Source: the human T2T-CHM13v2.0 reference genome, Homo sapiens
Length of the DNA: 64,000 bases
Reading direction: 5' to 3' (one strand)
Assembly (NCBI RefSeq): GCF_009914755.1
Contig: NC_060925.1
Translations under genes and position numbers: made by a program
Notes under the pieces: generated by a model
Told to the model about the DNA's origin: nothing
Database searches by the model: none
Seen by the model: only the letters and a program-made list of their open reading frames with translations
Part shown: positions 49,059 through 61,979 of the stretch, in pieces
How the letters are laid out: each line of letters begins with the position of its first letter
Numbering within the stretch: position 1 is the stretch's first letter

Positions 49059-49459
49059 CAGTGGCCGGCGCCAGGGGCCCTGGTTTTACTTGTTTTAGAT
49101 GTTACCCTGTTTTACAGTTACAACCTTACTATTTTGATAAGCTAAAAATAATAAAACAATGCATCTTCATAGTGTTTTATACTCTATAAGGTGCTTTCTC
49201 TTTTGATCTCGTAAAAGTATTCGTGCCCATGTTCAAATCTGACTGCCTCTTACCAGCTGTGTGGCCTGGGCCAATTACTGGAACTCTCTGTCCCTTAGTT
49301 TCCTCATTTAAAAAATGGAAATAATGATAATATCCATTGGAAGGTCGTGGCGATTCAATCAAGTTAATATATGTAAAGTGCTCAGAGGTGACTCACACAT
49401 CATATATAAGGAGGTAGCTGTCCTTGCTGTTGTGATCACTGTTGTTATTGAAAATATTA

Positions 49460-49775
<316 letters not shown>

Positions 49776-49869
49776 TTACAGAACCCAGTCTAGACCGCAG
49801 ATCTTCTGCATGTCCAGTGTTCTTTTTTTAACCTTGATTTTTTTAACTACCCCCTCACACACACACGTC

Positions 49870-50260
49870 TTTTTATTTGAAAATTTTCACGTATACAGAA
49901 AAGTTGAAAGACTAACATAATAACTATCCAATTGCCACTCCCCTAGATTCACCGATTGCTAACATTTGCCATGTCTGCTTTATCTATGTGTGCACTTTTT
50001 TTGAGCCATATGAAAGTAAGTTGCAGACGTTATGACACTTCCCTCCTCAATACTTCAGCATTTATTCCCTATGAATAAGGACATTCTGTTACATAATTCC
50101 TCTACTGTTGCCACACCTAAGAAAATAACATTAATTCAGTAGTGTCATCTATTATAAAGTCTATACTAACATTTTCCCAGTTGCCCAAAATGTCCTTTCT
50201 GGCGACCCACCCCAACCCCATCCAGGACTCAATCCAGATTCACTCACTGCATGTGCCTGT
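49870..50260 (-). mobile_element. Old L1M 3'-end fragment
   Basis: tacagaaaagttgaaaga...aagttgcagac...aataaggacattct motifs. Confidence 0.6.
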
Positions 50261-50617
50261 TATCACCAGTGATCTTTCAACAAATGGTAAAGCTTCTCTG
50301 AGCTCCTTTACCAAAAGCGCATCCTGTCAGTTAAGCTGAAGTTCAGAGATGAAGCACCAACAGCCCCATCCTCGAGAGCCGGATCCTGGGAGCTTTAAAT
50401 CTCATTTTCCAAAGCTAGGCAGCAGTGAGAGGTCTGGGTGCCAAGCCCCCTCTAGCTCTTGTGATCCTCCCTCATACATGGACTCAACCCCCAAATCCTC
50501 CCCACCGTCCTCAGCCCCATACCTCCTGGCTCATGCGGAAGGGGGTTGGAGGCCCAAGCCTTCATAGCCCTGACTTGAACTCAACCTCTTACTCCTCCCT
50601 TTTATCTAATCCTGCAG

Positions 50618-50703
50618 GTTGAAAGTAACGGAAGCCTACAGAAACTGATCCGCATCCGAAATCCCTGGGGAGAAGTGGAGTGGACAGGGCGGTGGAATGA
50701 CAA
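50618..50703 (+). CDS. CAPN2: CAPN2 exon 7 (86 nt), catalytic Asn286 codon at 50660-50662
   Basis: cctgcag|GTTGAA...GACAA|gtgagg; [28 protein letters not shown] (RNPWG motif); ends phase 2. Confidence 0.99.
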
Positions 50704-51178
50704 GTGAGGAGGGCGCAGGCCTCGGGGCCCCAGGCGGGGGTGCATTGTGCTGGGAGGCTCTGGGAAGAGGGCGAGAGAAGAAGACATGTGCATTATTCTG
50801 AGAAATATAGCCAGGAGAGCCCAGGCCACGTGGACAGGGACCCGTGGACAGGGGCCCCTCAAAGGGTCTTTTAACCAGGACACTCCTCCAGCAGCCTGAG
50901 TGCCTTCTTCCAGGCCCCAAGCTGCTCGTGTGAAGTTCATTCCTGCCACTGCCTCCAGGTTCACCCCTTCCCTAGCTCAAATCCACCCTTCTATGGGGCT
51001 TTCAGGGAAAAAAATACACCCCACCTTCCCCCAGGCACTTCTATTACAGGGATGTGAACTTTGTACCAAAGGCCAGAGAAACATCCCTCTGTTGATTTCC
51101 AGGGCTTACTGGTAGGCATGTTGAACCCTCAACTATTTGGGGTAAACACTTGTTTGTACATCTGCTGTGGCAACCTCA

Positions 51179-51310
51179 GCCTACTTGCTCTGCCTCAGGT
51201 TGGAGAGGTGGGCAGTACAGAGGCCTGTGTGTAATTCCAGCCAAAGCTCAGGCAGTGGTTAGTTTACCCTGTGCACTGCCCCTGTGTACAGGGCCAGGTC
51301 CTTCTGCTCC
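51179..51310 (+). repeat. Copy 1 of non-Alu inverted repeat (intron 7)
   Basis: Reverse complement of 60689-60825 with 8 mismatches and one 5-nt indel. Confidence 0.95.
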
Positions 51311-51724
51311 GTGGACAGAGAGACACCTGCTGAGGCTTCCCAGGCCTCAGCCGGAGGCTCCTCATCAGATCTTCAGTTGTCTCTAAAAGAGCTGCCAGGC
51401 CCATCTCAATTGGGCAACTGCTCTGAGCTACTCCATCTCCCTCTAATGAACTATGTTCATTTTCTGGACTCTTCCTTGCCACTGTCTTCCAGCACAACTC
51501 ACCCGCTCACTTTGCTCCCTGGTTTGCATCTGTATAGTGTTCTATACTCTTTAAAGTGCTGTAAGAGTATTAAAATGCAGCTGTTAGCCAGATGTGGGCT
51601 ACTTTCCCCCTTTCTGGAGCCTGAGCCCTCAGAGGTGAGAGCAGATGTCCCTCTTCCTCAACTCTGGGGCCTTTGGGGAGAAATCATCGTACACTAACGC
51701 CTCTCTCTTTACTTTGTTTTCCAG

Positions 51725-51799
51725 CTGCCCAAGCTGGAACACTATAGACCCAGAGGAGAGGGAAAGGCTGACCAGACGGCATGAAGATGGAGAATTCTG
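51725..51799 (+). CDS. CAPN2: CAPN2 exon 8 (75 nt)
   Basis: ttttccag|CTGCCCA...TTCTG|gtaaga; CPSWNTIDPEERERLTRRHEDGEF(W). Confidence 0.98.
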
Positions 51800-52523
51800 G
51801 TAAGATTAGTGGAGGCTTCAGGGAAAGCTCTGTCTGCCCCAATGTTCTTTACTAGAAAACTGCTAATTAGAAAGAGTGTCGGCCAAAGTGAGTTTACCAT
51901 GTCGAGGACACAAGCGTGTGGGATCCTGGTTTTGTTATTTTAAGTTCACTATAAGAGCCTGAATAAAGAAATTCTTAAGCCCCTTCAACGGTCCATCTTG
52001 ACAATGGGGTTTATAAGCTGAGCAGCTTCAGAAAAAGGCTAAGAGGAATTCCTTTGGTAATGTTCAGATCCCAGGAAACAAGGGAAAGATGGGGCCTTTC
52101 TCCCCCAGGTTCCGGAGACTCATCCCAGCCCCTTAAGAAACTGGTCCCTTAGTGAGCAGCAATGGACCCACATGTCTGTGTGTCTGCGCCACTCTATAAC
52201 CACCTGCACCTGGACACAACATGCTCTTTATCAAATGGGGCCCATATATTGTCACATTTGATGGGCACGGCTCCCATTTTTGCAGGTGAGAGTTCTGAGC
52301 TTCAGAGAAGTTTAAGTAACCTGCTCAAAGTCACCCAGCTAGAAAGTTGCAGCGCCAGGACTGGAATCTGGGCCTTCTGATTCTGAACCTGGTGCCCATC
52401 CACTCAGTTCTAATGAGCTGCTCTGCCTGGCTTTGGGTGGCTCCTGGTCTGGTGTTGGTGGAAAGTCAAGGCTTACCAGTGTGTCTTCTTATCACCTGTG
52501 ATGATTGTCTCTGCTTTTGCCAG

Positions 52524-52684
52524 GATGTCTTTCAGTGACTTCCTGAGGCACTATTCCCGCCTGGAGATCTGTAACCTGACCCCAGACACTCTCACCAGCG
52601 ATACCTACAAGAAGTGGAAACTCACCAAAATGGATGGGAACTGGAGGCGGGGCTCCACCGCGGGAGGTTGCAGGAACTACCCGA
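52524..52684 (+). CDS. CAPN2: CAPN2 exon 9 (161 nt)
   Basis: tgccag|GATGTCT...CCGA|gtaagg; [53 protein letters not shown]. Confidence 0.99.
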
Positions 52685-53337
52685 GTAAGGGCTGTTGCAT
52701 ATAAGGGCTGTTGCAATGCGGGGCCACCAAAGGCCAAAGCTCCCCTTACCCCACCCTGTGTACCACACCCCAGCCTAGCAGCCCCAGGAGGCAGCTCCTG
52801 CTCACTGGAACCCTCTCTGTCTTCTTTCTCCCTGAGCCTTTTCTTTTCCCTGAGCCTTTTCTCCCCGAGCTCTCTTTCTCAATCCCTTACCTCCTGCCCT
52901 ACCCAGGACAAACCCAAGAGCCACTGTTTCTGTGATGTCCTCTCCAGGCCCTAGATTCCCCAGCGCCCATCATGACCTTCAGCCTGACCTTCCGCCATGC
53001 TCACGGAAGCAGTGCTCAATCCCACTTCACGGCCATGAGCTGCTCTATGCACCCCACACCCAGGCAGCCGAGCCTACAAGGGAACCTTGTCCCGGCACCC
53101 AGGGAGCCCTCCACATATCAGGCCCTGTTTGTTGCCCCATACTCACTTCAATCAGCAAATGTTGACTGGGCGCTGCCCAGATGGGGTGAAGATTTCTCCT
53201 CTGGTCCAGCCTTTGTTGAGCCCCTTGATTCTTCTGCCTTCATGGCTTAGTCCGTCAGCAGTTGTCTGAACATGATGACATCTGCCAATTATGGGGCACA
53301 CCTTCAGTGCTTGGAACTATCCTAAGTGTTTTGTACA

Positions 53338-53695
53338 CAGGGTGAGGATCCATAATCTGAAAATGTGAAATCTGAAATGCTCCAAAATCCAAAACTTTTT
53401 CAGCCCCAACATGATACCACAGGTGGAAAATTCGACACTTGACCTCAGGTGACAGGTCGCAGTCAAAACACAGTCAAAACTTTGTTTCATGCACAAAATT
53501 ATTTTAAATATGCTATAGAATTACCTTCAGCCTATGTGTATAAATTATATATGAAACAGAAATGAGTTTTGTCATTAGACTTGAGTTCCATCCCTAAGAT
53601 ATGTTATGTATATACAAATATTCCAAAATCCAAAAAAATCCAAAATAGGAAACACTTCTGGCCCCAGGAATTTCAGATAAGGGATATTCAGCCTG
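53338..53695. mobile_element. Tigger4/MER46-like DNA transposon
   Basis: aatctgaaatgctccaaaatcc ... tttcagataagggatattcagcctg. Confidence 0.75.
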
Positions 53696-54097
53696 CATAA
53701 CATTCTATCTAACCTTCCCAACAAACTTCTGAGGCAGGCACTTTCTTATCACCTCCATCTCTAAGATGAGGAAACTGAGGCTTGGAGAGGCTAGTGACTT
53801 GCTGAAGGCCACAGAGCGTGCTGGGATTTGAACCCAGGCCCCCTGACTGAGGAGTCACTGTGTAAGTACAGTGGCAGCAGATCATGGTCACATAGTGATT
53901 CTCTGTGACAGATGAGGAAGCTGAGCCTCTAAGTCGCATACCAGGGCCACAGAGCAAGTAGTCAGACTGCGGCTAGCTGGCCTACAGTTCTGGGGCTCGG
54001 ACTCCTTCACCTCAAGTATGCAGCCACCAAGTGGCAGTCCCAGAGGCGCTGGGAAGGCCCTCTGCCCCCCACAAGGGACCCCTCCTACCCACTAGAT

Positions 54098-54295
54098 CAG
54101 GAGTCGGAAAACTCCCTCTAAAGGGTCAGATAGTAAATAATTTTGGCTTTGTGGGCCACTCAGTCTCTATAACAACAACTCTATTGCTATAACCCAAAGG
54201 CAGCCATACTTAAGCGAATGGCCGTGGCTACGTTCCAATAAAACGTTATTTACAAAAACAGGCAGCGGCCTTCGGAGCCATAGCTGCCAACCCCT
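54098..54295. mobile_element. MER58A (hAT-Charlie)
   Basis: aaagggtcagatagtaaata...gttccaataaaac...ctgccaacccct. Confidence 0.75.
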
Positions 54296-54884
54296 ACACA
54301 AGATGGTGCCTGTAATTTCACAGTTAGGGTTTTATCCCATTAGGTATGGAAAGGCAATTAGCATAATTCCCCTTAAACATGAATGAATCTTAGATTTTTT
54401 AAATAAATAGGTTTTGGAAGTAAAGAGGGCAGAGACATCAGGAGCAGGGCAAGGGAATAGGCCTGAGAGGACAAGGGACGCAGAACAAGAAAGAGTCTGG
54501 AATTATACACAGGATGTTCTTGGCCTCCGGGCTCACCGAGGGGGCGGCGACCGGCAAGTGCAGGGAGCAGATCCCGGAGTCCCCCAGGCCAGCCGAGCCC
54601 CGCCCCAGGCTCCCCATCAGAGCCCAGTGAAGAGAAGGTACCATGAGGGGAAGCCACAGCTCTAACCACCCTGCGTTCCAGAGTGACAGACCAGTCCCCA
54701 AGACAAGCCAGCCTGGAGCCAGAGAGAGAACTGCAAGAGAAAGTTTCTAATTTAGGTTCCTGTTAGATTCAGACAAGTGCAGGTCATCCTCTCTCCACAG
54801 CTACCGTCACCCGTCTCCAGCCTAACAAAGCCTGCAGTCCACACTCCAACCCTGGTGTCTCCCACCTCCTAGCCTCTCCCAACA

Positions 54885-55112
54885 TCGCCTGCCGTCTCTG
54901 ACCATCTTCTGCCATCCTCTGCCATCTCCCACCATCTCCCACTGTCTCCCACAGCCTCCCACCGCCTCTTGCCAACTCCCACCATCTCCCGCCATTTTCT
55001 GACATCTCCCGCTGTCTCCCACCATCTTCTGCCATACTCTGCCATCTCCCACCATCCCCCACCACCTCTTACCATCTCCCACCACCTCCCACCATCTCCC
55101 TTTATCTCCATC
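54885..55112 (+). repeat. Degenerate ~10-bp (CCATCTCCCA)n pyrimidine-rich repeat
   Basis: About 20 imperfect units ending ~100 nt upstream of exon 10. Confidence 0.9.
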
Positions 55113-55207
55113 CCTCTCAGAAGCCTCCAAGCCTGAGACCAGGGCCACCCCCCACCCCCATGCATTCCTGCTCAGGGCTGGGCTCCTCTGCCCCTTTCTG
55201 GCTGCAG

Positions 55208-55377
55208 ACACATTCTGGATGAACCCTCAGTACCTGATCAAGCTGGAGGAGGAGGATGAGGACGAGGAGGATGGGGAGAGCGGCTGCACCTTCCTGGTGG
55301 GGCTCATTCAGAAGCACCGACGGCGGCAGAGGAAGATGGGCGAGGACATGCACACCATCGGCTTTGGCATCTATGAG
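55208..55377 (+). CDS. CAPN2: CAPN2 exon 10 (170 nt; CBSW/C2-like domain with acidic loop)
   Basis: ctgcag|ACACATTC...TATGAG|gtgcag; [56 protein letters not shown]. Confidence 0.99.
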
Positions 55378-57096
55378 GTGCAGAGCGCAGGGGCTCCTGC
55401 CCTCCCTTCCCCATGTGTTCATCTCAGCCCCTGCATGGAAAGCTGACCCCAGAGGCAGAACTGGGGATGGGATCCCAGACCGGGAGCTTGGCCAAGGAAA
55501 AACAAAACTACCAGCCTGGCCAGGCTCAGGAGTAGCCCCCGTAGGGAGGCCCCTGCAGTGGCTCTGGGTTGTGGGGCCTTCTAAGCCCTTCACGGGCCCC
55601 CCACAGCCAGCCTGCAGGGAGTTCCACTCTCAAATGGCCTCCACATCCCTTCTCACATCCTCCAGGCCTGGCATTCTGGTCAGCCTACCCATCTTCAAAG
55701 AACAGAATATACTGGGCCACATCAGGCAATACTGTGAGGGCAGGACTGAGTCCATGGGTGCAGCTGCTCAGAGCTCGGCAAAGTCATTGGCCTGGATGGT
55801 GGAGAGCTTGGGGACAGGGGAACATTGGTCATGATGCTCCCCCCAGGGCTCTGATGGCTGGAGCCCAGATCCCTACACAGACTCCTGCTGTATGCGTGTT
55901 TTCCTTTCACTCTGAGCCACAGCCAGAGGGCAGCCGCATTGCAGTCTCCTCTCCGCCCTCAGGCTGGGGCTGGGGCACTGAGAACTCACCCAACACGCTG
56001 GGCCCCTGGGCTCTCCCCACTCCCTTCTGCAAAACAAGAAAGAGCTTTCGTGGGCTGCAGGTAGCCATGCGAGGAGAGGGATGAAAGGAAGGCTTTAGGG
56101 CACTGACTGGGGATGCATTTCGGTTTGATGGGCTGGAGCTGGCTCCTCCCGGCTCCCAAAGCCCATCTCTTTTCTCTGACCCATGTCTGCTGAGGTCCTT
56201 CAGCAGCCTGAAAAATGGCCCTGGCAGGGACCTGTTTACACCATGGAAAGTGGCAAATAGTACAAATCAGAGCTTCCACCCTCTCCCAAGAGCCAGTTTC
56301 CCAGCACACCCCTGGGAGAATCCAGACGAGGTGTCAGGAGAGGAGGCTCTGTGCTCACCACTGGCAACGTTGCCACCCATGGAACACTGACTTCTACCTG
56401 CTCACCCACCTGAGAAAGGCAGCTGGGCAAATACCATCAGTTGTAAAAATGCACATAGGCCTAAACCCCTCCGTCTCTGAAACAGGAGCTGAGGACTTCG
56501 GATCTGGGACAGAATCGATCCAAGGACAATGCAAATGGAATTGTGATACACAGCTTCCCTCCCACCGGCTTATGGGCTTGGAAATGCAGCCACGGGCTTT
56601 CAGAGTTGGGACGGACCTTGGGGATCACTGGGTCCTATTTTTGAGACAAGAAAACTGAGGCCAGAGAGGAGAGGGGACTTGCTCAAGGAAATGCAGACCG
56701 GACCACTGGACCTGGCTGACAGAGGCCGGCACTGCTGGCTCCTAGCCCCAGGTGTATTTCACCTCGCCTGCTGCCTCCTCCAACAGGGCCCGCCTGGCCC
56801 TCTTTCCCTGCGTGGGAGGCCGATATGGGCTTTGCCACCTTAGACAAGTCTCTTCACATCTCCATGCCTGAGATTTATACTCTAAGTTAGGAAGGGAGGT
56901 GAGGGCTTATCAACATAAGAGGATTTTCTTCAGTGTTGGAGAGGCTTTGAGTTCCTTGGAAAACAGTTACTCGGTTGAATTAGTTGATATTGCTAATGCT
57001 ACAGAGAAAACGGGGGCAGCGGAAGAGAAGAGCACAGTGATGCATTTTCTTACACTGCTTTTCCGGCATCTGAATTGCATCTCCTTTATTTTGCAG

Positions 57097-57108
57097 GTTC
57101 CAGAGGAG
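57097..57108 (+). CDS. CAPN2: CAPN2 exon 11, 12-nt micro-exon (VPEE)
   Basis: ctcctttattttgcag|GTTCCAGAGGAG|gtacgt; links IYE (exon 10) to LSGQ (exon 12) as in known calpain-2. Confidence 0.95.
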
Positions 57109-57569
57109 GTACGTCTGGCCCATGTCCCGGGGTGCTCAGGTCACCAAAAAAGCGAGAGGCTTAGACTGCTGGAGCTCAGGGAGCGTCGTGAAGCCCGGGC
57201 AGGGGCTGGTGGTCATGAAGGATGAGTCCTGGCCACCCCTGGGGCCCTGCTGAAGTTGCCCAGGCTCTAGATCCCACTGGTCTAAGCTCTGGGCAAGGTT
57301 TCTGGAAAGTCCTTGTGGGACCCGCTGCCTCCCTGTGACCTGGCAGAGCCCATACAGGGTTTGGTTCTGGGCAGAAAATCCATGATCCTGAGACTGCAGG
57401 AGGCTTTTCACAAAGTTCTTTGTCACTCTTAGGAGAAGACTGAGTCAGGGAAAAGGTGAACCCTGCAGACTGTACTAGAAGACAACGCGGGAGCACAGAG
57501 GAGACCAGGACCCAATTCCCAGGCTGTGTGACCTTGGACACGTTACAGCTCCTCTCTGCATTTCAGGGT

Positions 57570-57949
<380 letters not shown>

Positions 57950-58419
57950 TGACTTAAATTTTGCGAGAGCATTTGGGCCCACAGTCACCGCTTGCTGAAG
58001 CAGATGGGATGCCTGGTCCAAGGTCACGATTATTAAAGTAGACACACGGGGCACTTTGACCCACCTGTAGTACATTTCTTTCACAGCAAGGCAGTGCAAC
58101 CGGTAGCACATCGGGCTCTTTTAGATGCTGCTCCAGCCTTGGTCCGGTGGATCATGCTTGGTTTAGAAGCTGGGTTGTCTTTCTCCTGCCCCCAGTCCTG
58201 TCTTTGCTTTTATAGTGCATCATACACCACGTAGAACCGAGCCAGGTTCCTGCCATGTGGACGCTGTTCCTGCCTGAGAGTCTCTTAGAGGAAGGCTGGG
58301 AACACTGTGGAAAGACTGGGCATCTCTGCAGGCGGAGCTGAATGGATGTGAAACCCCTGTGGGCATGTGCTTCCGAGTTCCTCAGCAGGCATTTGTGTTT
58401 TTTGGTAGAAAGTTTGCTT

Positions 58420-58716
58420 TTTGTTTTTTTTTTTTTTAAGACAAGGTCTCATTCTGTCACCCAGGCTAGAGTACAGTGGTGTGATCATAGCTCACTGCCG
58501 TCCTTGAACTCTCAGACTCACGTGAGCCTCCTACCTCAGCCTCCTGAGTAGCTGAGACTACAGGCGCTTGCCGCCACCCCTGGCTAATATTTTTATTTTT
58601 TGCAGAGACAGGGGTCTCACTACATTGCCCAGGCTGGTCTCAAACTCCTGGCCTCGAGCAATCCTCTCACAGCCTCCCAAAGTGCTGGTATTACAGGCGT
58701 GAGCCACCACACCTAA
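58420..58716 (-). mobile_element. AluJ-like element
   Basis: Antisense Alu, TSD aaagtttgcttttt. Confidence 0.95.
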
Positions 58717-58997
58717 CAAAAGTTTGCTTTTTATCTAAAATGACCCAGGCATTGTCACTGTACTGCTATTTTTTTAAAAAAATTTTGTTGTTTTGTTGTT
58801 GTTGTCGTCGTTATATAGATGAGGGCTTCCTGTGTTGCCCAGGCTGGTTTCTGACGCCTGGCCTCGCCTCCTTATACACCAGGACAGCAGGACTGAGCCA
58901 CCACACTACCCAACTGCTTTTATCTCAGTGAATGAAAATGATACTTGCCTGGAGGCTTCCCCTCATCTACCCCCATGTTTCTCTATTTATTCCTCAG

Positions 58998-59209
58998 TTA
59001 AGTGGGCAGACCAACATCCACCTCAGCAAAAACTTCTTCCTGACGAATCGCGCCAGGGAGCGCTCAGACACCTTCATCAACCTCCGGGAGGTGCTCAACC
59101 GCTTCAAGCTGCCGCCAGGAGAGTACATTCTCGTGCCTTCCACCTTCGAACCCAACAAGGATGGGGATTTCTGCATCCGGGTCTTTTCTGAAAAGAAAGC
59201 TGACTACCA
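58998..59209 (+). CDS. CAPN2: CAPN2 exon 12 (212 nt)
   Basis: tcctcag|TTAAGT...TACCA|gtaggc; [70 protein letters not shown](Q); ends phase 2. Confidence 0.99.
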
Positions 59210-60688
59210 GTAGGCGGTTTGGTCCCTTCCTCTCCCCACCCTTCCCTGTCCCTCCCCACTGGTCTGTTCCTCGGCCCCTAGAGGGCTCTTTCATCCTCTG
59301 AATGTCAGTTACTTTTTCTGTAACACCTGCCCACCTCGAAGGACTAGTGTGGGGATTTGATGGATTGAGGAAGTTCTAGTGTTATAGTAAGGTAAACAAT
59401 GGAAAAAGCCACTGTGGATATTTTTGGTTGGAAAGGGGTGGCTGTACAGTGAATTGCAGGGTCTAATTTCATAAGCGTGTCTCTGAATTCTCAAGTTGGT
59501 ACTTTAATGTTAAACTACGAATCCAGTCTCGTCATTTGAAGAAAGCTGAGCAGTGCTGGTGTAATCCTTGATTTTCCAGGCCACCTGGCCTAGCAGAGCC
59601 ACCAAGGGTGTAAGGTGGGAACCATCTCAACGGTTCCCACCTCCAGAACCTCTCCCTATTATAGTTGTCATGTCACCAGCTCTCTCTCCCCTTCCTCATG
59701 GGATCCCACGTTTGGGAACCCTTTGTGGCTGACATCACCATTTCCTGCCACTGTCCAGGTGGCCTCAATTCACAATGGCTTCTGCCACTTTGACTTCTGC
59801 CTCAACCATGTATGTTCAGCTGGGCACTTGATTGGCAAAGGCAGAATCTACCCTGGGTGATTTAAGCTAAAGGGAATTCATCGAAAGGCCATTGGAGACT
59901 CCAGAACTGATGGGAGGTAGGGGGTCAGGCTAGGAAGAACAGGAGCCAAGGATGTGTTGGAGGACCAGGGTGTGAGATGACCCCTTGGACTCTGGGTCAT
60001 GTGCTGAGGTCTAAAGATCTTGTGGAGTGTGTCTGAGGTGCTGGGCTTGGGTCAGCCACCTGGCCTGCTGGTTCCTGTAGAGGAAGAGCCAATGGGAGGT
60101 AGAGGCAGGGAACTGCCCTTGCCCCAAGATAATGCATGATGCAGAAATAATTTCCCATGGCGAAGGGAGACAAAGCAATGCCAGGCAGCTGCATACCAAT
60201 GAATGCCACCATAGCACGGCTGTAGCCCCCCTGCCACTGACAGGCTGTCTTCATTTGCTAAAGCCTACCATGGGGGAAGGGACCTTTCCTCTCAGCTCTG
60301 AGGATGCTTAGAGGAAGACTGGTGTGTTCAGTTTAGTCCTCACTGACAAGAAAATAGGAGCATGACCTGGTGGCATTAGAATAACAGTGTCCTTTGTCAA
60401 ACTCATTACTCTCCCTGCCAGCCACAAGTCACTCTCCCAGGGAAGCCTCAACCCCTCAACTCTCTCTAGGGTGAGCTCCCTACCCCAAGAGGACACCCCA
60501 CCTCTCAAAGGTTTCTGACTTCCTTGTCCCAAAATATTAATCCTTCTGCTCCAGATTCCAATGATCAGCACCAAGAGGTCCCCTTTTCCTTCTGCCAGGC
60601 ATTGGCCCTGCTGATAGGACTCTTGGTCACTTAGTTAAAATCACAGTGGCCCAAGGAAGAACCTCCTGAGCTTGATTACCCTCACTAT

Positions 60689-60825
60689 GGAGCAGAAGGA
60701 CCTGGCCCTGGACACAGGGGCGGTGCACAGTATAAACTAACCACTGCCTGACCTGAGCTTTGGCTGAAATGACACACAGGCCTCTGCACTGCCCACCTCT
60801 CCAACCTGAGGCAGAACAAGTAGGC
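60689..60825 (-). repeat. Copy 2 of non-Alu inverted repeat (intron 12)
   Basis: Inverted match to 51179-51310; also visible in the ORF track as the shared peptide PTCSASGWRGGQ(Y/C)RGLCVI. Confidence 0.95.
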
Positions 60826-61040
60826 GATGATTTGCACTGCATGATTCTCAGTGTGAAAGTCTATGTTGGCAAAGGATATTTCAAGTGGAACTTAGAAGCT
60901 ATTCCTTAAGGCTAGGACGAACACCACGCTACACGCGAAGGCTATCCTATTTGATAAAGATCAAAAACTAGCAAACAAAAATCTCCAGCTGCCCACGTTG
61001 CTTTGGTCATGACCCTTCCTTCAGATCACTTCTGCCTTTA

Positions 61041-61171
61041 TTTTTGCTGTTTAGGGGATGTGTTATCACAGAAACTTGGAATGCAGAGAAATGTTATCAC
61101 AGAAACTTGGAATGCAGAAAAATTTTTGCTTTTTAGGGGAGGTGTTATCACAGAAACTTGGAATACAAAGA
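61041..61171. repeat. Compound tandem repeat, three copies of TGTTATCACAGAAACTTGGAAT
   Basis: Copies at 61061-61082, 61092-61113, 61143-61164. Confidence 0.95.
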
Positions 61172-61308
61172 CCTCCCCCCACCGCAGCCCTGCCCCACCC
61201 CACCTACCCCCTGCTGGATTTAGCACTGCACTTCCATTTTAGCAGTGATTTCCTTCCTTTTTGCCCTCGCCTGCCTTCCAGTAACACATAATTTCCTTCT
61301 ATTTCCAG

Positions 61309-61345
61309 AGCTGTCGATGATGAAATCGAGGCCAATCTTGAAGAG
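61309..61345 (+). CDS. CAPN2: CAPN2 exon 13 (37 nt)
   Basis: atttccag|AGCTGTC...GAAGAG|gtattt; AVDDEIEANLEE. Confidence 0.97.
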
Positions 61346-61913
61346 GTATTTGTAACTCTTTGAATTTCACCCACTCTGTCCTGGACAATCCAGAGAGCAG
61401 AGGAGCAAAAAAACTCCAAGAGTTTTTGGACTTCACGAACAAAGCCTGAAACTAAGGATAAAGCCGGGTACTGGGAATCCAAGAGTCGACTACCTGCATC
61501 AGCTCTGGCCTCTGTGCTGGGGGCATGGGCCAGTCCCTTGCCTATTGGGCTGTGCTAGCCACTGTCAAAATCCATCCACAACATTCCAGCTAGTCTTTAT
61601 TCTTCTGAGTCCCCACTAGAATAGATCCTAAAAGGCCATTTTAATTGGATGCTAGAGAAGATACCTCTGTGAGAAATTAGAATATTACTCCTTCCCACAT
61701 AATTTACATTCCTTCTTGTGTTTTAATTAGAAAAAAAAAACCTTATATTAATTCTTCACACTATACCTGATCTTAACCCAAATCACCGTAGAATTTGGGC
61801 CCCAGGGAGGGGTAGAGAAGGGGAGTGGGAGGTGGCTGCCATGGAAGGGCGGGCAGACACTTGGTGTCATGCCTCGCTCTGATGCATTCTCATGTCTCTG
61901 CCTCACCTTCCAG

Positions 61914-61979
61914 TTCGACATCAGCGAGGATGACATTGATGATGGATTCAGGAGACTGTTTGCCCAGTTGGCAGGAGAG
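61914..61979 (+). CDS. CAPN2: CAPN2 exon 14 (66 nt; start of penta-EF-hand domain)
   Basis: cttccag|TTCGAC...GGAGAG|gtaaat; FDISEDDIDDGFRRLFAQLAGE. Confidence 0.98.

Larger units (their letters stand above)
48300..49090. promoter_or_regulatory. Intragenic CpG island spanning exon 6
   Basis: Dense CpG, GC-rich on both sides of exon 6, unlike the CpG-depleted flanking introns. Confidence 0.85.

Noticed and set aside
54784-55211. Minus-strand ORFs with repeated GDGGRW motifs
   Set aside because: Open only because of the (CCATCTCCCA)n repeat; no splice or expression support in the sequence
61041-61171. Three identical 22-mers with spacers, superficially CRISPR-like (also 33681-33734)
   Set aside because: Human intron, spacers irregular or themselves repeated, no cas genes; ordinary tandem duplication
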